Source of the DNA: Macrostomum lignano
Lineage: Eukaryota
Direction: 5' to 3'
NCBI GenBank assembly: GCA_002269645.1
Contig: NIVC01005043.1
Location: 1 to 27,964, forward strand
DNA: 27,964 nucleotides
The notes beneath the pieces were generated by a model. It had not been told where the DNA came from, searched no databases, and worked only from the letters and a program-made list of their open reading frames with translations. The position numbers and the translations under genes are program-made. Positions 1 through 10,991 of the stretch are shown here, piece after piece. Within the stretch, counting starts at the first letter, position 1; each line of letters opens with the position of its first letter.

Positions 1-3000
1 CGGTTGAGGCCCGATTTGAGGCCAGCATGCCGCCTGAGTAGCGAGGACTCCGAGCAGTGGCTTGAGAAGCACTGCATACTGCTGCAGGTGGCTTTCCCAG
101 TGCTGTGCCTTTTTCAACTGGTCAACCAGTTGATCCCAATCCTAGATTTTTCCTATCTCAATCCTATAACTTGTTATCCTCAAAATCAGATCCCTGTAAT
201 CTCAATGATCAGATCCTGTAATCCACCCAATGATCAGATCCCTGTTAGCCCAATGATCAGATTCCTGTTATCCCAATGATCAGATCCCTGTAATCCCAAT
301 GATCAGATCCCTGTTATCCCAATGATCAGATCCCTGTTATCCAATGATCAGATCCCTGTTATCCCAATGATCAGATCCCTGTTATCCAATGATCAGATCC
401 CTGTTATCCCAATGATCAGATCCCTGTTATCCCAATGATCAGATCCCTGTTATCCCAATGATCAGATCCCTGTTATCCCAATCATCAGATCCCTGTTATC
501 CCAATCGTCAGATCCCTGTTAGCCCAATGATCAGATTCCTGTTATCTCAATGATTAGAAAAGGTGTTATTATCCTAATGCAAGAGCAGTCATCCCAATAC
601 TAGAGCCATGTTTATTTCAATTGCAGGAGTTCCTCAGGCAGGACCTTCGCGTGGCCCGCAAGCTGTGCCCGTCCTGCTTCCCGCCCGAATACAACATATT
701 CGACTTCTACCTGCGGTCCTACCACCGCTGCCTGGAGAGCCGCCTGGCCAGCCTGGCCAAGCAGGCGGTGGCCAACGAGCTGCAATTCCGCGACTGCGTG
801 GCTTTGGTGAAGTGGACGGAGAATTTCAAATCATTCTTCGACCGCCTCGGCGCGGAGGTGTTCACCCAGCCGCAGTTCAACATGGAGGCCGAGAGGGAGC
901 GGCTTGGCCTGCTGCCGCACTTTCTGCAGACCGATGAGCTGGACAGGCTGGTCCGGCACAGCGTCGGCCTCATCAGCGAGCAGGTGTGGAAATGGTTCAA
1001 GAGCACCGTGGAGAAGGAGAAGCACAGCTGGTACCAGAATCCTACTGGGTGAGAGATTCGCGATGTTGTACTTTTATTAATACACTGCGAGTCTGCTGCA
1101 CTCAGTGAGGGCAGGGGGGTAGCGGCACTCAGTGAGGGGCAGAGGGGGCAGCGGCACTCAGTGAGGGTCAGAGGGGGGTAGCGGCACTCAGTGAGGGTCA
1201 GAGGGGTAGCGGCACTCAGTGAGGGTCAGAGGGGGTAGCGGCACTCAGTGAGGGTCAGAGGGGGTAGCGGCACTCAGTGAGGGTCAGAGGGGGTAGCGGC
1301 ACTCAGTGAGGGTCAGAGGGGGTAGCGGCACTCAGTGAGGGTCAGAGGGGTAGCGGCACTCAGTGAGGGTCAGAGGGGTAGCGGCACTCAGTGAGGGTCA
1401 GAGGTGGTAGCGGCACTCAGTGAGGGTCAGAGGGGGTAGCGGCACTCAGTGAGGGTCAGAGGGGGTAGCGGCACTCAGTGAGGGTCAGAGGGGGCAGCGG
1501 CACTCAGTGAGGTGCAGAGGGGGGCAGCGGCACTCAGTGAGGGTCAGAGGGGGGCAGCGGCACTCAGTGAGGGTCAGAGGGGGTAGCGGCACTCAGTGAG
1601 GGGCAGAGGGGGTAGCGGCACTCAGTGAGGGTCAGAGGGGGGCAGCGGCACTCAGTGAGGTGCAGAGGGGGGCAGCGGCACTCAGTGAGGGTTAGAGGGG
1701 GGCAGCGGCACTCAGTGAGGGTCAGGGGGGCAGCGGCACTCAGTGAGGTGCAGAGGGGGGCAGCGGCACTCAGTGAGGTGCAGAGCAACAACTGACACAG
1801 GCAAACCCGCACCGTACTGCCCCAGCTTCCAGCCGGAGAGGGACCTGCACACGGACACAACGTACACCTCGCTAGTGCAGAGTCTGTCGGCCATCCTGTC
1901 CGAGATGATGTCGGACGTGAGCAGCAAGCTGCCCAAGCACGCCCACACGCAGCTGAGCGCGGCCATCATGGACAAGCTGGTCGAGCTGCTCGGGTCCTAC
2001 TCGAGCGCAGTGAGAGAATTTGTTCGCGACGTGAAGAGCGAGCCGGATCCCAGCAGGCGGCAGATGCGAATCATCGTTATGGAGGCCATCCTGGTTGCCA
2101 GTGTCAACAATCTGCACAAGCTCATCTTGCTGGTGGGAACTTTCTATAAGCCTGAAGACGGTCCGAGGTGAGCCGCTTGCTGAGGGTTGGGGCGGATAAC
2201 TGAGATTAGAGGGCCGAAATTTGAGATCAGAGGGCGGAATCCTGAGATTAGAGGGTGGAATCCTGAGATTAGAGGGTGGAATCCTGAGATTAGAGGGTGG
2301 AATCCTGAGATTAGAGGGTGGAATCCTGAGTTTAGAGGGTGGCATCCTGAGATTAGAGGTTGGAATCCTGAGATTAGAGGGTGGAATCCTGAGATGAGAG
2401 GGCGGAATCCTGAGATTAGAGGGTGGAATCCTGAGATGAGAGGGCAAAATCCTGAGATTAGTGGGTGGCATCCTGAGATTAGAGGTTGGAATCCTGAGTT
2501 TAGAGGGTGGCATCCTGAGATTAGAGGGCGGAATCCTGAGATTAGAGGGTGGCATCCTGAGATTAGAGGGCGGAATCCTGAGATTAGAGGGTGGAATCCT
2601 GAGATGAGAGGGCGGAATCCTGAGATTAGAGGGTGGAATCCTGAGATTAGAGGGCGAAACCCTGAGATTAGAAGGTGGAATCCTGAGATTAGAGGGGGAA
2701 CTCAAAACCGAACTCATTCCAACTGCAGCGACGTTGCGAAGGTGCAGAAGGCGAACCTGGAGCAGGCCTGCCAGAAAGCCAGCTATGAATGGAACGACTT
2801 TCTGGCAACCGAGTTGTTGGAGTTCCTGCAGGACTCCACATTCAAGGAGCTGTTCACCCCGGCCTGGCTGCAGCAGCTGGAAATTGGCGAGACTGAGGCC
2901 CAGCGCATCGTCGGGGCGGTGCAGGACTCGTACGAGAATGTGTACAAGAAGATGTTCCCCCACCTGCGCAGCCGCCTGATGAACCAGATATCCAACCGGA

Positions 3001-3398
3001 TCTGCCTGGAGCTGCTCAAAGCTCTGCTGCAGCCGGGCCGGCAGCCGTTCAAGGAGATGCGCGTGGCCGCCGCCAACCGGCTCCGCTCCGATGCCGAGCT
3101 GCTGAAGGACGGCTTCGCCCGCTGGAACTGCCGCGCCGATCAATTCGACGCCCTGTCGGCGGCCTCGGAGCTGCTGAAACTGTCGGACATGTCTATGGCC
3201 GAGCTGGTGGTCAGCGCATTTCTAAGAAACTTCCCCGACCTGCGCCAGGACCAGCTGGAGGCGCTGCTGCTGCTCAGAGGCGACTGCAAGCGGGACGAAG
3301 TGCGCAGCATCCTGGCGTACGCGTTCAGTGAGGAGGAGAAGTCGAGACGGAACCCCACAGCCAGGCGCCTGTTCGCTGACTTGGGCCCGGTCAAGTAG
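1..3398 (+). CDS. EXOC3: Exocyst complex component 3 (Sec6), 5'-partial; exons <1-87, 627-1048, 1826-2167, 2729-3398
   Basis: Translated exons match recalled EXOC3/Sec6 segments: WLEKH, DLRVARKLCPSCFPPEYNIF..YHRCL, and C-terminal LKLSDMSMAELVVSAFLRNFPDLRQDQLEALLLLRGD. GT-AG introns 88-626 (phase 0), 1049-1825 (phase 2) and 2168-2728 (phase 2) are phase-compatible. Stop TAG 3396-3398. The acceptor at 1825 is preferred over 1783 because of CTGAC upstream and a pyrimidine-rich context. Confidence 0.9.
184..556. repeat. 23-bp minisatellite (ATCCCAATGATCAGATCCCTGTT)n in EXOC3 intron
   Basis: About 15 tandem copies read directly; boundaries approximate. Confidence 0.95.
1098..1783. repeat. ~29-bp G-rich minisatellite (GCGGCACTCAGTGAGGGTCAGAGGGGGTA)n in EXOC3 intron
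   Basis: More than 20 tandem copies with G-run length variation; internal CACTnAGTG dyad. Confidence 0.95.
2199..2697. repeat. 21-bp minisatellite (GAATCCTGAGATTAGAGGGTG)n in EXOC3 intron
   Basis: About 23 tandem copies; this array produces the spurious NPEIRGW and PSNLRIP repeat ORFs. Confidence 0.95.
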
Positions 3399-3564
3399 AT
3401 GGAATGTTCTTTATAGCTTATGTAGATTAAGGACATCTGCTCAAAGACAGTGAAATGGATATCTGTTGATTTTTTGGAAGTTTCTGTGCACATGATATTT
3501 TTGAATAATCGCCCCAGAGTCTAATAGTTGCCCATTCATTTAGGTTAATCCTTGGAAAATTCCA

Positions 3565-4350
3565 GAAGAATCGCCCTAGAGTCTAAAAGATCGCCCCTCA
3601 GCCTAGAAGAATCACCCCTTATCCTAAAAAAAATCGCCCCTCGTTCTATAAAAATCGCCCCTCGTTCTATAAAAATCGCCCCTCAGCCTAGAAGAATCGC
3701 CCCTCAATCTAGAATAATCGCCCCTCAGTCTAGAATAATCGCCCCTCAGTCTAGAAGAATCGCCCCTCAATCTAGAAGAATCGCCCCTCGGTATAGAAGA
3801 ATCGCCGCTCAGTCTAGAAGAATCGCCCCTTAGTCAAGTATAATCGCCCCTCAATCTAGAATAATCGCCCCTCAGTCTAGAATAATCGCCCCTCAGTCTA
3901 GAAGAATCGCCCCTCAGTCTAGAAGAATCGCCCCTCAGTCTAGAAGAATCGCCCCTCAGTCTAGAAGAATCGCCCCTCAATCTAGAAGAATCCCCCCTCG
4001 GTATAGAAGAATCGCCGCTCAGTCTAGAAGAATCGCCCCTTAGTCAAGTATAATCGCCCCTCAGTCTAGAAGAATCGCCGCTCAGTCTGGAAGAATCGCC
4101 CCTCAGTCAAGTATAATCGCCCCTCAGTCTAGAAGAATCGCCCCTCAGTCTAGAAGAATCGCCCCTCAATCTAGAAGAATCGCCCCTCCGCCTAGAAGAA
4201 TCGCCCCTTAGTCTAGAAGAATCGCCCCTCAGTCTAGAAGAATCGCCCCTCAGCCTAGAAGAAACGCCCCTCAGCCTAGAAGAATCGCCCCTCAGCCTAG
4301 AAGAATCGCCCCTCAGTCTAGAAGAATCGCCCCTCAGTCTAGAAGAAACG
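3565..4350. repeat. 21-bp minisatellite (CAGTCTAGAAGAATCGCCCCT)n downstream of EXOC3
   Basis: About 35 tandem copies, most containing TCTAGA; variant blocks recur at a 210-bp spacing. Confidence 0.95.
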
Positions 4351-4908
4351 CCAGTTAGCAACAAGCACAGCAGCCAATTTGAATTTTGCTCAGATTTGAG
4401 TTTCAATTAATGCAATACAAATTCTTTGTTTCTCCTAAACATTACTGAATGCTAATTTGCATTCTATGCCCTGCTGTTTAAAATAACAGTTTCTGAGACC
4501 TTTTTAAATTGCTTTGTGTTAATCAGTTTGCCACGCAATTGTTGAACAATCGCCAGTCTATTCAAGTGACAAATTCTCTTATCTCGCATAAAATAATCCG
4601 TATTTCCATCATCATTTGATTCTATACTTACCTGTGCAGTGCTATTGAAAAATCCATATACTAAAAATAATAAACTATTAGCTTTATAACTATATATTAT
4701 ACACTTTATACACGTAAACAGCGTAAACGTAGTCTGTGCCGACTTTTCTGGCTTACTTGCACTGGGTTTGGGCCATAGACAAAACAAAATAGACTCGAGG
4801 CTTCGGCTCCTCGTACAGCCGCCTTTAGTAGAGTGTAAAAAATTTATTAGCCGAACTACTGGATCTTAGGCTAACCATTTCATGCGCGGTATTAACCAGA
4901 GCGCCATC

Positions 4909-7545
4909 ATGGCTTCTAACGAGGACCGCCAGTCTCGAGACAGCGGTAGCGGCGCCAGATCTGAGGCCCAGACTGATGCAACTGAGTCTGCCACGCTGAT
5001 TGGCAGCGAGCCAACTGTTGTTCAATCGAATGATGTTGAAATTTCAACACCAACTAGTGCTACTCCAAAAAGGTGAGAGTTCGGAGTAACATTGTGTACT
5101 TTCAGAGCTGCTTAGTTGCATGGGTGAGGGCTAAAATTTCGTTGCTTTTTCAATCAAATACAGGCGCGCTGGCTCAAAAATGTATCGAGGCCACAGCTGG
5201 CGAAAGTGCTGGTCGGCTGTGCACCGGGTGAGCTTTGCAAACTGGACACTCTTGTGTGCTCTATCCGATTCCACTAAACCCGCATACTAGCTTTACCTAC
5301 CTAGCAAACACCCACCTCACTCCGCAAGCACCCATCTCACTCCGTAAACACACACCTCACTCCGCAAACACCTACCCCACTCCGCAAGCACCCATCTCAC
5401 TCAATAAACACCCACCTCACTCCAAAAACACGTACCTAGCACTCCACAAACACCCACCTCACTCCGCTAACACCCATCTCACTCCGTACACATCTCACCT
5501 CACTCTACCCGCAAAAAGTCACACCACCATTCGATCCTAGGCCCAACGCAGGCGCGTCGGGCTCTCGAACAAATCCACAACCACGGCTTCCGCCTCCCTG
5601 AGCAACAGCCAGCCGCCGTTGGCTTCCACCGACTCGTCACAGACGGCAGCCACTTTCGCCGGCTTGCCCAGCTACTTGGCCCGAGTGGACACCAACGGTG
5701 AGACCGCGGTTAACTAAATAATATTTTCCGATGAAAGCTCCGCCAGTGTATCTACCCTAATGAGTGGATTTAAAAAAATACATTTGGCAAACGCAGTGTC
5801 CGCGGATGACCTGGCCGGGCAGGCCGAGTCCTCGCCCACCGTCCAGAGCGACGCGGCCACGGCGGAGGCGGCCCCGTCGGAGCCGTCATCGGCTGAGGCG
5901 GTCAGCACTAATCAGGTGGCGGAGCAGCCCGGAGAGGACGCCGCGGCCGCCAGCCAAGGTGTGGAGACGCCGGTGAGAGAGCTCGCACAACAAGTATCTT
6001 GTCTGTTTGGTTGTGAGCCTTAGTGGTTAGAGCGTTGGAATCGCGACTGAAAGGTTGGGGGTTCGATTCTCAACCCACTCGAAACAATTCTCTGAATTGC
6101 TTCAGTTCACCCAGCTGTAAAATGGATGCCAGCATTAGCTGGGGTAATTGAGGGTTTGTGTAGCGACCTCTCGATCAGTCCTTGGACTGAACAGCCGTAT
6201 GCAGCCTTCAGATGCGCTGCGCAATAGCTGCGGATGAGCTGTCGATTGCACATCTGCCCTTTGGGGCATGTGTAATCAGTTATTAATTATTATTATTGGT
6301 TGAGGAGCAGTGGGTTGGAAGAGTGCAGTACAATTGTTGCTATACTTTTAAGTTTCAGCAGCTTAGGAGCTGGGATAAAGCCGTTAAAATATCACGTCAG
6401 TTAGAGCAGCGTTTGTGCTTCAAAAGGCGTCTCAAAAGATTCTCGATTTTGATAAAAATTTACGTAAAATACTTACGTTGAAGTAGCCAGAGCATTACTG
6501 TTACAGCAGGAAGTACTATCACGTCATGGCGCTGTAAAATTTATTGTTTTAACTCAGTGGAGCCCTGAAATCATGCCGCACACTGCAGTTCGCCAATCTT
6601 GAAATCGGCCATCCGGTGCACCAGGACCTGGCCGGCGACAGCGCCGAAACAACCAAATCGATGCTGGCCAACGTGATCGAGAAGGCCATCCTGGACTTCT
6701 GCTCGTCGCGCACCGTGGAAACAATGCGCCGAATGTTTGCCGGCGTCACCAGCGAGCTGGAGGCGACGCAAGGCGACGCGGGCCGGTCCGGAGACAAGTC
6801 CACGCTCACGCCGCACCCGGTCACGGGCGAACTCGTGAAGGAAGGCATCGTCATCGGCAGCATGGACGTGTTCGCGCCCCGGGTGCACAAGGAGTACCGC
6901 CTGGAGATGAAGGACAGCCTGGTCGAAGGCTTCCTCAAAGACGTCGGCGTCTTCCGCGCCATTTGCTACCGGACCAAGTGCCAGCTGGAGGTGACTCGGC
7001 GGCTGCTCAATAAGAAGCTGTGCACAGGCGGTCGCTGGGTGAAGTACCTAATCGTGCGCATTGTGGGTCCCAGCCTCCGCGCCATCAACAGCTGCGACTG
7101 TCTGCTACAGAAGGCGGTACCAGCCTTCAAGAGCCGCATTGAGTACCGGAAGCCCGCCTTCTGCCGCATGTTCTTCCGCGAGGACATTCCTGACAACGCC
7201 AACCTGTATTACAATATGCAGCGGACCGGGGGCTCCTCCAACCGCTACGGGTCTCTGAAACTCGAGACGCCCTACAGAATCACCTCGGACAGAACCATCG
7301 GCAGCTGCCCGTGGAAGAGCGGCGCGCTGAAGATCGGCAAGCTGTCGTTCAGAGGCTCCGGTGGGCACCTGTGCATGCGGCAGGTGTATCCGGGATACGG
7401 CTACATCGACTCCACGCCGGTCACCAGCGCCTGCAAAGGCGTCGAGGCGCTGGAAAGAATCGAAAAAATGCACGCCGAATTTCTGACCAGCCGGCAGCAG
7501 CTGCTGCTTGACCGCCGGACAATGACCCTCCCGATCTGCCGGTGA
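4909..7545 (+). CDS. Uncharacterised 505-aa protein with a low-complexity N-terminus and a globular C-terminal region (possible degenerate KH-like fold); exons 4909-5072, 5164-5227, 5541-5697, 5797-5972, 6589-7545
   Basis: ATG in GCCATCATGG context. All four introns are GT-AG with strong GTGAG donors and compatible phases (2,0,1,0). Summed length is 1518 nt, giving an open frame to TGA 7543-7545. The last exon has strong GC3 bias like the neighbouring genes. No family was recognised with certainty. Confidence 0.75.
5285..5510. repeat. Degenerate ~22-bp C/A-rich minisatellite (CACCTCACTCCGCAAACAC-like) in intron 2 of the orphan gene
   Basis: About 10 imperfect tandem copies. Confidence 0.8.
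6014..6295 (+). mobile_element. tRNA-derived SINE in intron 4 of the orphan gene
   Basis: Pol III A-box-like TAGTGGTTAGAGCG (6021-6034) and B-box-like GGTTCGATTCT (6060-6070), a non-tRNA body and a (TTA)n-like tail at ~6280-6297. TTGGTTG direct repeats at 6007-6013 and 6296-6302 are a possible TSD. Confidence 0.75.
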
Positions 7546-8171
7546 CGTCACTGGCGCTGACACAGAGAACTACTGACTGATGAAGTTCATTTTTCCTTTG
7601 TCTTCCCGCTGCGTCTCACCGAGCGAGTTTGCAAATCTCTTAAGTCTGTTTTGGGCTGTTTAAAAATACAGACCTCCCGTCTCACGAATTGGATTTCTTT
7701 TTCTGCACCGTCGCTTTTTATTCGAGCTTTAAAAAGGCAAAAAAATGCTTTAAACTCGGCGCTTTTGAATTTTCAGTTCGTTTTGTCTTGTTTTTTCGAG
7801 CAGGCAACGCTGCTCAGCCCGAAAATACGAGGTACGCAATTTACCCGTAACAACCAAAGCAGGTTACATGCACCAGCTGCCTAACTGTGATTTAAAAAAG
7901 GATTCATCCATTCCGGTTAAGCATTTTGACGACTAGCTAATTGTAGTACTGCCTGATATCGCATGCAGATGGCCCTGATGTACAGTGCAACCTTAACGAG
8001 GCATGCAGCGCGTGCAGCGTGATTCTATTGAATGCATCTTAAAAAGTTAAAACAGGGGCTCGAGTTCTGAATAAGTGACGTTGCATAAGCAGTCTATGAA
8101 TTTCGATTCCATGAATGTAATTACAACTGCAGTCCGCGGTCAGCAACAGTCAGTGCAGAGTCTTCGCCGAG

Positions 8172-8742
8172 TCACAGCTTGGTGCAGTTTGCCTCCGCTC
8201 CACTTGGGTTCTCCGAGGCTCCTCCTGAGCCAGCAGCAGAGTCGGCCGCCGCCGCAGCCGCTGGCGCGACCCCCTCGATGGGGACGGATCTCCCAGCGCC
8301 GGCCGACGCAGAATCCGCTAGGGCGAGGAACGGCGCCTCCAGCAGCAGCCGGCCGTCCTCGGTGAGGCGACTCACCAGATTCTCGACGTCGACGCCGCGC
8401 GGCAGAGTGAAGCTGCGCTCCATCCGCCTGAGCTCCGTCTGGCCTTCACGCTCCTGCCGGCTCTCCGCCTCTACGTAGACCTGATCGGCCTTCTGTTGTA
8501 CCTTGATCTCCTGCGGGTGGAACTCGCGGACAAGAATCTCTGCCCGGAACATCTTGTCGCTGCTGACAGCTCGCTGCTCACCGTCTGTAGCGCGAGCCGT
8601 CACTAGGCAGTTCAGTGGCTGAATTCCCGGGCCGCGGACCAGAGTGCGAACGTCGTCCCAGCTGAGGTCCTGCTGGCTGCAGCTGCTCATCGTGTCCTCG
8701 CCGCCGAGACCCATCGCTGCAGCTTCTGAGTAGCCTCGCTGG

Positions 8743-8773
<31 letters not shown>

Positions 8774-9793
8774 AGGACTGCAGCAGTGGAGCCTTCACGA
8801 CCAGTGCGCCCTCCATAGTTAGAATGGTAGACACCTTCTCGCTGTCCACCTCGGCCGGGATGGTCAGCGTCCTGCGCACCTCATTAAGATCTTCACCCTC
8901 CTCGCGACGCGCTCGGATGCGCAGCTTGTCCGCGTCACATTTGACGACGATCTCCTCCGGACGGAAGCCGACCAGATCGATGGCTGTGGTCCAGCTCTTC
9001 AGATGCGGAGACTCAGTCTTCACGGCTCCGCTGGCTGAGCTGACTGTTGAAGCTGACGGCTGGGCTGCTGTGGCTGCTGAGGCTGTTGAAGCCGAGGCTG
9101 GCGTTGTGGCAGCGGTTCCGCCTGCGGACGTCGTTGCAACAGAGTCTGAGGCTCGAGAGTACCAGCTGTGCGAAGCTCCGGAGGCCTGCGCGGAAAACAT
9201 ATTTTACTTTTATAAATAAATGAGTATTTATGCAACAGGGTTGTGAGTAGCCTCTACCAACGCCTTCGGCGACATCTTTTCACAACCAGCGCTGAGGCGA
9301 TTCTGCCAATTCCACCGACTCCTGAGCATGCACACGCGAAGAGATACCGTAGGCACTCCACTCACACAGGGTGTACAGTGGCCTTGTCCCTGGCTGCGGG
9401 TCAACTGCTGCCTTGTGAACTAATTGCTGACTGACCCTCCATACCCCCATCCTGCATGTGGACATCCCTTACCCCCAACGGGCTGGCCGGAGACCGCACA
9501 AAGTCCGAAGCAGCGGAGCCGTCCTGCTGGTGCTGCTGGTACCGCCGCCGTCTCAGCCGGTCCAGCGGTCGACGATCGTCGAACAGGCTGCCACCGGTGC
9601 CCCGGCGACCGGAGTTGAAGAACTCATCCACGTCAAAGTCGTCAAATAGCGAGCGAAACGGCCAATCAGATGAACTGGAGAATGGCCGGAACACGTTGCC
9701 AGGCGTCATCCACGACATCGTTGCTATAAGTTCGGCCGAATTCGCTTCTATATGCCTGCTTGAAGTTTTGCTGCGCGTTTCGCGTCTTGCCAT
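8172..9793 (-). CDS. Small heat-shock protein (HSP20 family) with two alpha-crystallin domains, p40/Tsp36-like architecture, 444 aa; exons 9793-9473 and 9185-8172
   Basis: N-terminal WPFRSLFDDF motif. ACD1: IDLVGFRPEEIVVK...RTLTIPAEVDSEKVSTILTMEGALVVKAP. ACD2: ILVREFHPQEIKV...RSFTLPRGVDVENLVSRLTEDGRLLLEAP. Phase-0 GTAAG..CAG intron 9472-9186; stop TGA 8174-8172. Confidence 0.9.
8743..8770 (-). repeat. (CAG)n encoding poly-Gln in the sHSP inter-domain linker
   Basis: (TGC)n on the + strand; translates as FQQQQQQQQQHQ. Confidence 0.9.
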
Positions 9794-10063
9794 TCTGATC
9801 CCTCTCCACTGGCTTTTATCGTAAACACTTTCGCTTTCCTTCCCGTCCAGCCTCCGTCGTCATCTGCCACCCCCCGGTTTCCTCCGTTTGCTCGTCCGGC
9901 ACTGCACAAGCTGCTGCATCCGGCAATTCGAGCCAGCCTCTCCCAAAGGGCCAGGTAGGCTTTTATCGATCCGAGCCTGCGCAGCCTTGGAAGGCTAATG
10001 CAGGCGGTGTGCAAATTTGACCTGCCAAAAGTAGGAGCCGCCGCGCCGTATTTCTTGCCTTTG

Positions 10064-10083
10064 GGAAACTTCGGGAAACTTCT
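10064..10083. promoter_or_regulatory. Heat-shock element (4 perfect inverted nGAAn units) ~270 bp upstream of the sHSP ATG
   Basis: GAA-ac-TTC-gg-GAA-ac-TTC at 10065-10082 is the canonical HSF binding array, located 5' of a heat-shock gene. Confidence 0.85.
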
Positions 10084-10200
10084 TGGCTGCAGGGGCCAAT
10101 GCAGCTTTCCAGTTTCTCTGAATTTTTTGCCCATTTGATCCACCTTTTATCGTAGAAAATATTGGATTAAGTTGTAAACTTCACTAATAACTGATCCTGC

Positions 10201-10220
10201 TGAATATTCGTGATTTTCCC
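10201..10220. promoter_or_regulatory. Second, imperfect heat-shock element
   Basis: GAA-ta-TTC-gt-GAT-tt-TCC at 10202-10219: two perfect and two one-mismatch units. Confidence 0.5.
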
Positions 10221-10440
10221 AGTCAATTTTTGAATACTGTGTCGCTGAAGTGATACTTTGTTTGCTAATTTTCCTACGCATGGAAGACACTAAACAGGTG
10301 TCAATTCAGAGCAAAGTCAAAGTTCGATATATTTGATATTAATGCATTTCAATGAAGGGCAAACCCGATTTGGGCAGAATTTTCCCTGAATGCATCACCA
10401 CCACCCTGCATTCATGATGATGGATCCAAAATCTAAAATA

Positions 10441-10487
10441 TGGATCGAGAGTCGATGGATCGAGAGTCAATGGATCGAGAGTCAATG
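10441..10487. repeat. 15-bp unit (TGGATCGAGAGTCAA) x3
   Basis: Three tandem copies read directly. Confidence 0.85.
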
Positions 10488-10991
10488 TTTTTGAATTGAA
10501 TATTGCCAGCCATGTCTCTGCTGCAGCACCCAAAACCTCCTCTGCAGCCGACCCTGCAGCTCGTATTCGGGCCCCCGAGGCCCATCATGCCTGCTTCTCT
10601 CACAACTCATACGTGTAGAGTATAATTTCATGTTTTAAGATTGGGTTCAGCTGGAATCAATCAAATAGCTTTGAAAAGTGGTCTCTGTGACTCTTTGTTT
10701 TATCGCAAATTTTTGTTATAAATTTAGTGTCTTTACAATTTTTATCACGTGATATTGCCATTGCCACCAAGGAGGCTTTTCATATTACCAATTCCAGAAC
10801 CAGAATCCACCCAGAATCGGTTCGGATTTCCAAGAAAAAAAGCAGTATAACTATTTAACTTTGTTGAATGTTTGACTGCCTTAACAGCCTCACTTTGCAC
10901 AATTTTTCACTTTCTTCTTGGCTTTTGCCATTCAATAATCACAATTTTAAAGCACTAATATCCCTCTAGTTTAGGAGACAAAAGGTTATAC

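Noticed and set aside
1872-3398. Long ORFs with NPEIRGW and PSNLRIP heptad repeats (2187-3398 +, 1872-3143 -)
   Set aside because: These come from the 21-bp intronic minisatellite. The intron has GT-AG ends, and retention hits an in-frame TGA at 2169, so there is no repeat-protein isoform.
184-4350. Regularly spaced 21-29-bp repeats suggesting a CRISPR array
   Set aside because: The repeats are head-to-tail with no unique spacers, lie in eukaryotic introns, and no cas genes are present.
6014-6085. tRNA gene
   Set aside because: The A/B boxes are present, but I see no paired acceptor stem or oligo-T terminator, and the sequence continues into a SINE-like body and tail.
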